Assembly: GCA_964016885.1 (NCBI GenBank)
Contig: OZ024762.1
Span: 22,196,001 to 22,260,000, forward strand
DNA length: 64,000 nucleotides
DNA from: Eledone cirrhosa
Taxonomy: Eukaryota
Direction: 5' to 3'
The position numbers and the translations under genes were made by a program. Positions within the stretch are counted from its first letter, which is position 1; each line of letters starts with the position of its first letter. Positions 24,875 to 36,560 of this stretch are shown here, in pieces. The notes beneath the pieces were generated by a model that did not search any database, was not told where the DNA came from, and saw nothing but the letters and a program-made list of their open reading frames with translations.

Positions 24875-24948
24875 CAGCAGTAGTAGTAGTAGTAGTAGTG
24901 GTAGTGGTGGTGGTGGTGGTGGTGGTGGTAGTGGTGGTAGTAGTAGTA

Positions 24949-24980
<32 letters not shown>

Positions 24981-24986
24981 ATGTTG

Positions 24987-25042
<56 letters not shown>

Positions 25043-25251
25043 GATGTTGGTAGTAGTAGTAGTAGTGGTGGTAGTAGTAGTAGTAGTAGTGGTGGTGGTG
25101 GTGGTGGTCGTGGTGGTAGTAGTAGTAGTGATGTTGGTAGTAGTAGTAGTAGTAGTAGTAGTAGTGATGTTGGTAGTAGTGTAGTAGTAGTAGTAGTGGT
25201 GGTAGTAGTAGTGTAGTAGTAGTAGTAGTAGTAGTAGTGATGTTGGTAGTA

Positions 25252-25283
<32 letters not shown>

Positions 25284-25410
25284 TAGTAGTAGTAGTAGTA
25301 GTGATGTTGGTAGTAGTAGTAGTAGTGTAGTAGTAGTAGTAGTAGTGATGTTGGTAGTAGTACTGATGTTGGTAGTAGTAGTATAGTAGTAGTAGTAGTA
25401 GTAGTAGTGG
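24875..25410. repeat. (TAG)n/(TGG)n microsatellite
   Basis: Directly visible. Confidence 0.95.
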
Positions 25411-25572
25411 TTGACAAAGAACATAGTGATCGGGGCTAGGATCAATGCAGCCCGAATTTGCCACGCTACAACTCATCCTAATCCAGACTCAAGTATGCTC
25501 AGGTAAACGTTATTCCTAAATCTTCGATGTGAGATTCTAGAATTATTGAACTGTCGCCGCTGATAAGATATC

Positions 25573-26035
25573 GGAAGATGGCGGCGTAGGGGAGAATAAG
25601 GGGAAGGTTTATGGAAGATGGCATCGTAAGAGGGCGGGGAGTAAGGGGGAGGTTTAAGGAAGATGGCGGTGTGGGGGAGAATAAGGAAGTGGTTTGAGGA
25701 AGATGGCGGTGTGGGGGAGAATAAGGAAGTGGTTTGAGGAAGATGGCGGCTTGGGGGAGAATAAGAAAGAGGTTTGAGGAAGATGGCGGTGTAGGGGATA
25801 GTAAGGTGGGGTTTAAGGAAAATGGCGGTGTGGGGGAGAATAAGGAAGAGGTTTGAGGAAAATGGCGGCGTGGGGGAGAATAAGAAATAGGTTTGAGGAA
25901 GATGGCGGTGTAAGGGAGAGTAAGGAGGGGGTTTAAGGAATATGGCGGTGTAGGGGAGAGTAGGGAGGGGTGTTTGAGGAAGATGACGGTGTAGGAGCGA
26001 GTAAGGAGGAGGTTTAAGGAAGATGGCAGTGTAGC
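25573..26035. repeat. ~40 bp minisatellite, ~11 copies (GGAAGATGGCGGTGTGGGGGAGAATAAGGAAGTGGTTTGA)
   Basis: Tandem units visible. Confidence 0.9.
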
Positions 26036-26154
26036 TTTGACGGCAAATTATCGCTGGAGATTAGATCAGTGTTTGTAAGGCGTATGGAAATGGCGGAACA
26101 AGGGAAATTATCCCAGAGAAAGTATTGGTCAATGAACTTTCAGAATGATTATAT

Positions 26155-27120
26155 GATGGTTAACCAGCTGGATGGTTAGTTGGCTGGTTGCTTAACTTGT
26201 TAGATGGTTAGATGGGATGCTGGGTAGATGGTTAGCTGGTTAGATGGTTTGCTGGTGAGATGGCTTGCTGGTGAGATGGCTTGATGGTTAGATGGTTTGC
26301 TGGTTAGATGGTTAGTTGGCTGGTTGGAAGGTTAACTGTTTAGATGGTTAGCCAGCTGGATGGTTAGTTTGTTGGCTGCTTAGTTGGTTAGCTGGTTTGC
26401 TGGTTAGCTGGCTTGCTGGTTAGATGGTTTGCTGGTTAGCTGGCTTGCTGGATAGATGGTTTGCTGGTTAGATGGTTAGCTGGCTTGCTGGATAGATGGT
26501 TTGCTGGTTAGATGGTTAGCTGGCTTGCTGGTTAGATGGTTTGCTGGTTAGCCAGCTAGATGGTTAGATGGTTTACTGATTAGCCAACTAGATGGTTTGC
26601 TTGTTAGAAGGTTAGATGGTTTGCTCGTTAGCTGGCTAGATGGTTAGATGGTTTGCTGGTTAGCCAGCTGGATGGTTAGCTAGTAGGCTGCTTAGCTAGT
26701 TAGATGGTTTGCTTGTTAACTTGCTCGATGGTTAGATGGCCAGATGGTTAGATGGCTGGTTGGCTCGATGGATGGTTAACTATTTGGATAGTTAGATTGC
26801 TGGCTGGATGATTAGTTGAATGGATGGCCAACTAGATGGTTAGCCAGCTGGATGCTTTGACTGGTTGGCTGATTAGCCGGCTGGTTGGCTGGATGGGTGG
26901 TTAAATGGTTAGGTGGTTAGTTAGCTGGCTGGATGGTTAGTTGGCTGATCAGCTGGATAGTTGAATGGATGGCCAGCTGCATGGTTAACTGGTTGGATGA
27001 CCAGCTAAATGGTTAGCTAGCTAGATGAATGGCTGAACGAATAGCTGGCTGATTATCTGGGTAGCTTGCTGGCTGGCTGGCTTGATGATTAGCTGATTGG
27101 ATTACTGGGTGACTGAATGG
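26155..27120. repeat. Degenerate 8/16-bp repeat (TGGTTAGA/TGGTTTGC)
   Basis: Visible periodic degenerate repeat. Confidence 0.85.
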
Positions 27121-27134
27121 ATGTACAGATCGAG

Positions 27135-27382
27135 CGGTGGATGTGTGGTTGGTAAGGATGTTAGACTTACGATCGTAATGTCGTGGGTTCGATTCTTGGG
27201 CTGGTTTGTGTATTGTGTTCTTGAGCAAAAACACTTCATTTCCCGTTGCTCCAGTATACTCAGCTGAAAATGAGTACCAGCAATAGCTGAGGGTTTAACC
27301 CTGCCATGGATTGGCGTCCTGTCCAGGGGGAAGCCTTGTACTCTCAGTCACTTCACGCGATGGAACCGAGATAAGCACCGGG

Positions 27383-27383
<1 letters not shown>
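27135..27383 (+). mobile_element. tRNA-derived SINE family 2 (CORE-like central block)
   Basis: B box GGGTTCGATTC, then TGTGTTCTTGAGCAAAAACACTTCATTTC and CAGCTGAAAATGAGTACCAGC. An inverse homolog is at ~29390-29560. Confidence 0.7.
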
Positions 27384-27474
<91 letters not shown>

Positions 27475-27847
27475 GTGTTTATTTGATTTTATGGCCCGTA
27501 ACTTAGCGGTTCAACAAAAGTAAGATAGATAAAATAAATAGCAGGGGCTTGATATAAAATATAGGTAAGCATAAGTGTTGGGCGGGGTGTGTGTCAATAT
27601 AATCGATTAAATCACTTCAAGGCGATGCCCTACGCCCCAGCACGGCCGCAGTTTAATCACTGAAACCAGTAAAAAAATAAAAGTATTTAAAAAAATTATA
27701 GGAAATAAATAAATCAATAAAAAAAAAATCGTTCGTGAGAAATTTTGTAACTTCTTTCTTTTTCCCTGAAATCTAAGTTAAGCCTGTTATCAACTACAGA
27801 TGTTACCTCCCTTGTCATTGTAACTCTCCTGCTTTTCTCCACTCCAG

Positions 27848-27906
27848 ACGACAACAGAGGCAGTATTGAGAGGTTTGACAACGTAGACACGTCGAAGTCG
27901 CTTAAG
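27848..27906 (+). CDS. Possible 59-nt internal host exon (DNRGSIERFDNVDTSKSLK)
   Basis: Polypyrimidine tract plus CAG acceptor, an open frame, and an AAG|GTTGGA donor in non-repetitive sequence. No homology recognised. Confidence 0.3.
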
Positions 27907-28074
27907 GTTGGAACAATGTTTGGTTTTCTTCTTGTTTTCTTTCGGTTATGTTTTACTTTTCATGGTTGACTTCACACAATGTGTATTGTATTGTAATGTG
28001 GTGTCGGGGGGTTGGCTGGTGTATGGTGGCGGTGTAGTTGTATATTGAAGGGTGGTGGTCGTAATAGTTGGCCG

Positions 28075-29220
28075 TCGGCTGAAATGTGGTGGTGTGGTGT
28101 GGTGTGGTTAGTCGAGGGTTGATTGAAATGTGGTGGGGGTGTGTGGTGGTGTTCAGTTGGTCGAGGGTTGGCTGAAATGTGGTGGTGGTGGTGTGGTGTG
28201 GTTGGTCGAGGGTTGATTGAAATGTGGTGGGGGTGTGTGGTGGTGTTCAGTTGGTCGAGGGTTGGCTGAAGTGTGGTGGTGGTGGTGTGGTGTGGTTGGT
28301 CGAGGGTTGATTGAAATGTGGTGGGGGTGTGTGGTGGTGTTCAGTTGGTCGAGGGTTGGCTGAAGTGTGGTGGTGGTGGTGGTGTGGTTGGTCGAGGGTT
28401 GATTGAAATGTGGTGGGGGGGGGGGGGGGGGGTTCAGTTGGTCGAGGGTTGGCTGAAGTGTGGTGGTGGTGGTGTGGTGTGGTGGTTGGTTGGTCGAGGG
28501 TTGATTGAAATGTGGTTGTGGTGTGGTGGTGTGGTGGTCAGTTGGTCGAAGGTTGAGTGAAGTGTGGTGTGGTGGTGTGGTGGTCAGTTGGTCGAGGGTT
28601 GATTGAAATGTGGTGGTGGCGGTGTGGTGGTGTGGTGGTTAGTTGGTCGAGGGTTGGCTGAAGTGTGATGGTGGTGTGGTGGTGTTCAGTTGGTCGAGGG
28701 TTGGCTGAAGTGTGGTGGTGTGGTGTGGTTGGTCGAGGGTTGATTGAAATGTGGTGGGGGGGTGTGGTGGTGTTCAGTTGGTCGAGGGTTGGCTGAAGTG
28801 TTGTGGTGTGGTGTGGTTGGTCGAGGGTTGATTGAAATGTGGTGGGGGTGTGTGGTGGTGTTCAGTTGGTCGAGGGTTGGCTGAAGTGTGGTGGTGTGGT
28901 GTGGTTAGTCGAGGGTTGATTGAAATGTGGTGGGGGTGTGTGGTGGTGTTCAGTTGGTCGAGGGTTGGCTGAAGTGTGATGGTGGTGTGGTGTTCGGTTG
29001 GTCGAGGGTTGATTGAAATGTGGTGTGGTGGTGTGGTGGTGTGGTGGTTAGTTGGTCGAGGGTTGGCTGAAATGTGGTGGTGGTGTGGTGGACAGTTGGT
29101 CGAGGGTTGTCTGGTTTGGAGTGGCGGTGTGGTGGTCAGTTGATCGGGGGGTTGTCTGGGTTGTGGTGGTGGTGTGGTGGTCGGTTGGTCGGGGATTGAC
29201 TGAAATGTGGGGTGGTGTGG
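28075..29220. repeat. Minisatellite with alternating units GGTCGAGGGTTGATTGAAATG / GGTCGAGGGTTGGCTGAAGTG separated by (TGG)n
   Basis: Visible dimeric higher-order repeat. Confidence 0.9.
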
Positions 29221-29231
29221 TGGAGAACATC

Positions 29232-29560
29232 CCAGATTAAGGGCTTACCACGCGGAACGGGAAGATGCTCGTGCCTTCTGGCCTTTTACCGTCCCCTCGA
29301 TCCAGCCCCGAGGGCTCTAGTTGGGAGGGGGAATCCTGCAACATCCAAGCCATGCTTTACGACCTCGTTGAGAGCAACACGGCGTGGAAGGCAGCCGGCA
29401 CTGAAGCAACTGAGAGTACAAGACTCCCTCCAGGACAGGACGCCAGTCCATCACAGAGTTAAACCCCCAGTTATTGCTGGTACTCATTTTCAGTAACGTG
29501 AAATGAAGTGTTTTGCTCAAGAACACAACACACAACCCAGCCCAGGAATCGAACCCACTA
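29232..29560 (-). mobile_element. SINE family 2 copy (longer 3' part)
   Basis: Inverse of 27135-27383 (AAATGAAGTGTTTTGCTCAAGAACACAA...GGAATCGAACCC). Confidence 0.7.
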
Positions 29561-29649
29561 TGTACCATTTATGTACTGGTGTAAATTTAATCAATTTATC
29601 CTTCCCCAAAATGTATTGGCCTTGTGCCTCAATTAGAAATCACCTGGGC

Positions 29650-30105
29650 CTTGGGTTGGCAGAATCGTTAGAGCATCGGACAAAATGCTTTGTAGCATTT
29701 AGTTATGGCCCTTAACGTTTTGAGTTTAACCGCCGCCCCCCTCCCCCGCTCCCAGCCTATTTGCCTTTCATCTCCCCCTCTTTCTAATTATTACACCACC
29801 ACCACCACCACAACAACAACAACAACAACAACACTGTCTCTCTAACTATTTCACCACCACCACCACCTATTACACTACCACTGCTAGAAACAATTATTAT
29901 TGTCACCTACGTCGGGACGCGCACGTTTTAACCACATCCTTCTCCAGGTCTGAACACAACGGTTTTCTTCCAGAGAAATATAGAAAGTGGGGCTGGGACC
30001 TCGAAAGGATGAAAGGCAAAGTTAACCTCGGTGGGGGTTTGAACTTACAAACCCAGTGAGCCGGAACGAATACCGCAAAGCATTCTATCCGACCTAACAA
30101 CCCAA
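29650..30105. mobile_element. Two diverged SINE family 1-related fragments (plus ~29650-29772, minus ~30000-30105)
   Basis: TGGCAGAATCGTTAGAGCATCGGAC head, and AGGATGAAAGGCAAAGTTAACCTCGG core. Confidence 0.65.
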
Positions 30106-30114
30106 CCTATTTGC

Positions 30115-30154
<40 letters not shown>

Positions 30155-30614
30155 ATATATGTGTGTGTGTGTATATATGTGTGTGTGTGTATATATGTGT
30201 GTGTGTGTATATATGTGTGTGTGTGTATATATGTGTTTGTGTGTGTGTATATATATGTGTTTGTGTATGTGTGTGTGTGTATATATATGTGTTTGTGTAT
30301 GTGTGTGTGTGTGTGTATATATATGTGTTTGTGTGTGTGTGTATATATGTGTTTGTGTGTGTGTGTGTGTGTATATATGTGTTTGTGTATGTGTGTGTGT
30401 GTGTGTATATATATGTGTTTGTGTGTGTGTGTATATATGTGTGTGTGTGTGTGTGTATATATATATGTTTGTGTGTGTGTGGTGTGTGTGTGGGGGGGGG
30501 GACTGCTTACTTCATTTACATTCAGAAAATGTTAGTGTATAAAGAAGTGGTCAAGATTCGTGGCAACGTTCCTTTTTCTATAATATATAAATATATGTGC
30601 GTGTATGTGTGTAA

Positions 30615-30667
<53 letters not shown>

Positions 30668-30695
30668 CGTAAATATATATATATATACACACACG

Positions 30696-30748
<53 letters not shown>

Positions 30749-30864
30749 GTAAATATATATATATATATACACGTAAATATATATATATATATACACGTAA
30801 ATATATATATATAGATAGATACGTAAATATATATATATAGATAGATACGTAAATATATATATAC

Positions 30865-30902
<38 letters not shown>

Positions 30903-30937
30903 ATATATATACGTATATATACATATATACGTAATTA

Positions 30938-31014
<77 letters not shown>

Positions 31015-31134
31015 GTAAATATATATATACATAAATATATATATATATATATATATATACGTAAATATATATATACATAAATATATATATGTATATATAC
31101 ATACGTAAATATATATGTATATATATACATACGG

Positions 31135-31188
<54 letters not shown>

Positions 31189-31253
31189 GTAAATATATAT
31201 GTATGTATATATACATACGTAAATATATATATATATGTATATATATACATACG

Positions 31254-31300
<47 letters not shown>

Positions 31301-31301
31301 G

Positions 31302-31333
<32 letters not shown>

Positions 31334-31335
31334 CG

Positions 31336-31385
<50 letters not shown>
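30115..31385. repeat. (GT)/(AT) compound microsatellite with ACGTAA-punctuated (TA)n
   Basis: Directly visible. Confidence 0.95.
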
Positions 31386-31386
<1 letters not shown>

Positions 31387-31854
31387 CATAGAATTTTCCG
31401 GAATAATCAAGCGAGAGGTTTTAGCAACAACAATGCAAAAACTCTCATAGAATTGCTGGCTGTCAGGAATCGTATTTTAATACTAAAATCAATTCTTTCA
31501 TATGGAAATCGTTATCTGTATATAGCGACTTGTGTTCTGTGAGCAGTTCCTCACGTGGAACCACATCGTCTATTATTAATCTATTTCAGTTTAAGGAACC
31601 AATTGATCTCATGATTTAATTAAGCCGGAGATTTAAGAGACAGTTTTATGGAGAAAACCTCCTTAAAGCAGCTATTAGAAGGCTGTATTCTTACAATAAT
31701 CAATGGCGCTAACAGCCTATATCGTACAATACTAAGTTTTATAATGTCACATCTACCATGAATCCTAAGTAGACTGAAATATTAATACAGTCCTACAGCG
31801 AGAGAGGGAGAGAGAGAGAGAGGGGGGGTGAAATAGAGAGGGTGGTAGTGAAAG

Positions 31855-33520
31855 AGTTAGAGAGGGTCAGAGTTAGAGAGAGAGCTAGAAAGGGTTAGAG
31901 AGAGTCAGAGTTAGAGAGAGCTAGAAAGGGTTAGAGAGGGTCAGAGTTAGAGAGAGCTAGAGAGGGTTAGAGAGGGTCAGAGTTAGAGAGAGCTAGAAAG
32001 GGTTAGAGAGGGTCAGAGTTAGAGAGAGCTAGAAAGGGTTAGAGAGAGTCAGAGTTAGAGAGAGCTAGAAAGGGTTAGAGAGGGTCAGAGTTAGAGAGAG
32101 CTAGAAAGGGTTAGAGAGAGTTAGAGTTAGAGAGAGCTAGAAAGGGTTAGAGAGAGTCAGAGTTAGAGAGAGCTAGAAAGGGTTAGAGAGGGTCAGAGTT
32201 AGAGAGAGCTAGAAAGGGTTAGAGAGGGTCAGAGTTAGAGAGAGCTAGAAAGGGTTAGAGAGGGTCAGAGTTAGAGAGAGCTAGAAAGGGTTAGAGAGGG
32301 TCAGAGTTAGAGAGAGCTAGAAAGGGTTAGAGAGGGTCAGAGTTAGAGAGAGCTAGAAAGGGTTAGAGAGAGTTAGAGTTAGAGAGAGCTAGAAAGGGTT
32401 AGAGAGAGTCAGAGTTAGAGAGAGCTAGAAAGGGTTAGAGAGGGTCAGAGTTAGAGAGAGCTAGAAAGGGTTAGAGAGAGTTAGAGTTAGAGAGAGCTAG
32501 AAAGGGTTAGAGAGAGTCAGAGTTAGAGAGAGCTAGAAAGGGTTAGAGAGAGTCAGAGTTAGAGAGAGCTAGAAAGGGTTAGAGAGGGTCAGAGTTAGAG
32601 AGAGCTAGAAAGGGTTAGAGAGGGTCAGAGTTAGAGAGAGCTAGAAAGGGTTAGAGAGGGTCAGAGTTAGAGAGAGCTAGAAAGGGTTAGAGAGGGTCAG
32701 AGTTATAGAGAGCTAGAAAGGGTTAGAGAGAGTCAGATTTAGAGAGAGCTAGAAAGGGTTAGAGAGGGTCAGAGTTAGAGAGAGCTAGAAAGGGTTAGAG
32801 AGAGTTAGAGTTAGAGAGAGCTAGAAAGGGTTAGAGAGAGTCAGAGTTAGAGAGAGCTAGAAAGGGTTAGAGAGAGTCAGAGTTAGAGAGAGCTAGAAAG
32901 GGTTAGAGAGAGTCAGAGTTAGAGAGAGCTAGAAAGGGTTAGAGAGGGTCAGAGTTAGAGAGAGCTAGAAAGGGTTAGAGAGGGTCAGAGTTAGAGAGAG
33001 CTAGAAAGGGTTAGAGAGGGTCAGAGTTAGAGAGAGCTAGAAAGGGTTAGAGAGGCTCAGAGTTAGAGAGAGCTAGAAAGGGTTAGAGAGGGTCAGAGTT
33101 AGAGAGAGCTAGAGAGGGTTAGAGAGAGTCAGAGTTAGAGAGAGCTAGAAAGGGTTAGAGAGGGTCAGAGTTAGAGAGAGCTAGAAAGGGTTAGAGAGGG
33201 TCAGAGTTAGAGAGAGCTAGAAAGGGTTAGAGAGGGTCAGAGTTAGAGAGAGCTAGAAAGGGTTAGAGAGAGTTAGAGTTAGAGAGAGCTAGAAAGGGTT
33301 AGAGAGGGTCAGAGTTAGAGAGAGCTAGAAAGGGTTAGAGAGAGTCAGAGTTAGAGAGGGCTAGAAAGGGTTAGAGAGGGTCAGAGTTAGAGAGAGCTAG
33401 AGAGGATTAGAGGGGGTCAGAGTTAGAGAGAGCTAGATAGGGTTAGAGAGGGTCAGAGTTAGAGAGAGCTAGAAAGGGTTAGAGAGGGTCAGAGTTAGAG
33501 AGAGCTAGAAAGGGTTAGAA
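31855..33520. repeat. 36-bp satellite, ~46 copies (TTAGAGAGAGCTAGAAAGGGTTAGAGAGGGTCAGAG)
   Basis: Highly homogeneous tandem array. Confidence 0.95.
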
Positions 33521-34364
33521 AGGTAAAGAAAGGGTTAAAGATAGATAGATAGATAGATAGAGAGAGAGAGGAGAGACAAAGGGTTAAAGATTGAGAGAGA
33601 GAGAGAGATACGTAGAGATACGTAGAGAGGTATTGGTGGTGGTGTTCTTGGTGGGATTTGTGGGAGGGGGTGATGGCTGTGGGCTTGTTGTTCTTGGTGG
33701 TGGTGATGGTGGTGTTGATGGTTGTGGTGATGGTGGTATTTGTGGTGGTGGTGGTGGTGGTAGTGGTGATGGTGGTGGTGGTGATAGTGGTGATGGTGCT
33801 GGTGGTGGTGATGCTGGTGATGGTGGTAGTGATGTTGGTGGTGTTCTTGGTGGTATTGGTGTGGATGGTGGTTGTGATGATGGTGGTGGTGGTGATGGTT
33901 GTGGCGATGCTGGTGGTGGTGATGGTATTGGTGATGGTGGTGGAGTTAGAACTTGTATGTTTTATCATAACAAACTAATGGCGCCGTTTTCTACTTATAC
34001 ACAACAGAATCCACCAGAAATATATACAGATACGGGCTCACAGAAGTTTCCTTTGAAACCACGTGGATATGGGTTCGATCTTCCACACGGCGCAGTCGCA
34101 ATACGGGTAGGTTAATTTCTGTATATTATTTATATATTTATGTATTTATTTGTATATTGTTACATTCTTCTACAATAATTTTGATTTGATTACTTCACTG
34201 CATGTGAAATTTGCTTCGGGGAAACCATTTACAAGCTAGTCGTACATACAAATATATATGCATATTATGTAAATATTTATGTGTATGTGTTCTTTTATAT
34301 ATATATATATATGTATACACACACATTAATATGCATATATATTTTTCCCCGCCTGTTTTCAAAG

Positions 34365-34523
34365 TCCGGCAGTTGGAGGAGCGGGAGAGATCGTCCTGGC
34401 GAGGACCAGTTGAGTTCGAAATACATCGACGATTGTCCCCCTTGCTTCTGCTGGACACCGCTTGGTGGCGTTAGCTGCCAGTGTGTTATTCATAGCTATA
34501 GTTTTCTAAATGTTCATTTGTAA
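34365..34523 (+). CDS. Possible terminal host exon encoding a Cys-rich peptide (SGSWRSGRDRPGEDQLSSKYIDDCPPCFCWTPLGGVSCQCVIHS...)
   Basis: GC-richer unique island after a pyrimidine tract and AAG, followed by AT-rich UTR-like sequence. No homology recognised. Confidence 0.25.
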   Translation, partial: SGSWRSGRDRPGEDQLSSKYIDDCPPCFCWTPLGGVSCQCVIHSYSFLNVHL

Positions 34524-34859
34524 ACATACCGTATTTCTTTCTTTAGAAATATGAAATTCATATATATATATATAAAACAATAGAAAAACAAACCCTCCAT
34601 CTCAGTTTTACTTTTGATAATCATAAGAACTGTGAAACCGGTAAAGTAAATAAATATTCTTAAAAGGCTCTAGTTACATTTTCAAAGTCCCGTGTGGGAC
34701 ATTTAAAGAAAAAATTAAATTTAAAAAAATTACTTTTATATATATTTACATTACAAAGCCTATCTAAATGTTTGTCTTGTTTACTCTCATTATTTTCGTT
34801 ATTTTACTACTAACTACCTTTTATTTTCTATGTCTAACCTTTGTGATCCTGTCTAACCT

Positions 34860-35560
34860 CTTGTGCTCCTGAAGAAGGGTTAAAACCCGACACGTCGAAC
34901 TTTCTTTCCCTTTTTCCATGTAAAGCGTGAAACTAATAATACTTTTTGTATCTCTGCTTGTTGTTTCTTTGAACTCTAATGTATCCTGCTAAATGTTCAA
35001 GTGAATAGGAATATATTTGTTTTAATCTTTATATGCTCCGATGAATCCAGAATTATGTCTGGATGAAACGATCTTAAGCTATTAAATGTTTAAAACACAA
35101 TTTGATTGTTATTTATTTTGTATATATATATTCACAATATTCTTTTATTTCCTGATATTTAACTGTTCATAACTTAATCGTCCGTTTTAACCTCCTGATG
35201 AACCGAGGGTTATAATGTGCATAGAGCTTCTCCCATATTACTAAAAATAATAGTGAAGTACTTCACTATAATAACATATTTTACTATGTGTGTGTGTGTG
35301 TGTGTGTGTATTATTTATTTAAATCATATTATACCATAAATCAGCTCAGATATGCTTTATACATGCTAAAATCCGTGTTATGCAGAGCATTAATAAAAGG
35401 TCTCTGGCGCTCCCGATCACTACAGAGCGCCGAAACATCCGATCGTGGATATTTACAGCTGACGAATTCTTTCTCCTTTCTTATTTTCTCCTCTTGTTCC
35501 GTCCTAACCACCATCCCAAACATTGTTTTTAGTAACCACACAGCTCCTTTCGTTTCGTAT

Positions 35561-35619
<59 letters not shown>

Positions 35620-35740
35620 AAAGGTAAACAGAAATAACAACACAATCGGTACAGTACATGGAAGGAATATATTAGGTTAACGCTTGAAATAGCAGCAAGA
35701 GGGTCTTAACGTTTCGGACGCTAGTCTTTCATCAAAAGAA
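34860..35740. ncRNA. Cluster of degenerate hammerhead-like motifs (~34868 +, ~35038 +, ~35700-35740 -)
   Basis: CTGAAGA-agggttaaaaccc-GACA-cgtc; CCGATGA-atccaga..tctggat-GAAA-cgatct; and on the minus strand TTGATGA-aagactagcgtcc-GAAA-cgtta. Each has one core mismatch. Confidence 0.45.
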
Positions 35741-36312
35741 GGAATGAGAAATAAGATAGAGTGAAGAGACGGGTGGGCTGGAATTGGAAAAAAAATGTCT
35801 TTAAATGAAAATTACAGATCCATTTATGTTGCCATCTCTTGGAAAACTGTTGATGCTGGCGTTTTGTGTATGATATCTTTTTTTTAGAAAAGTGGATGAT
35901 GGAGTGCGTCTACCTGAAACGAAAAAAAAAACTGTTTTGAAAAAAGAGCTATACTTGTGCGCGTGCGTATGCGCCCGTGTGTGTGTGTTATATGTCCGTA
36001 CGAAGCTAAGAAGATATGTGTGTATATGTAAGTAAAAGAGTGTGTGTGTGCTTGTAAGTACGAAACTATGAGTAAAAGTATGTTAATATAAGGATGTGTG
36101 TATACAAAGCAGTGAAGGGAAAAGTGGAGTATATATAATTATAAGTTTGAAGAATACTCAGACGAAATTCCCCGAATTTTTGCTTCTTTGTCCATAGAAA
36201 TTAACCAGATAAATAATTATCTAAACGGAGTTAAGTTTATAATGTACGTTTGAAGAAATAACAGATAAATTTTATCGATATTCCTTTATAAGGAACAGTC
36301 GATATTATTGAG

Positions 36313-36466
36313 CCCAGTACATAACTGGTAGTTTATTTTATCGACCCCGTAAGGATGAAAGGCAAAGTTAACCTCGGTGGGATTTCAAATCAAAACGTAA
36401 AGGGCCGTAACTCTGTGTCGCGAAGCATGGTGTCCGACGCTCTACCGATACTGCCAATCCCCCGCC
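36313..36466 (-). mobile_element. SINE family 1 copy
   Basis: Family core and head on the minus strand. Confidence 0.85.
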
Positions 36467-36529
36467 TTTGTTAAACTTATATAACAAAAATAAACTGTGA
36501 AATGGCAAGATTCCTTACGGTGCTTGAGG

Positions 36530-36560
<31 letters not shown>

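Noticed and set aside
35405-35470. Permuted hammerhead (hairpin-GAAA...CTGACGA)
   Set aside because: The stems cannot be closed into a consistent type II or III topology.
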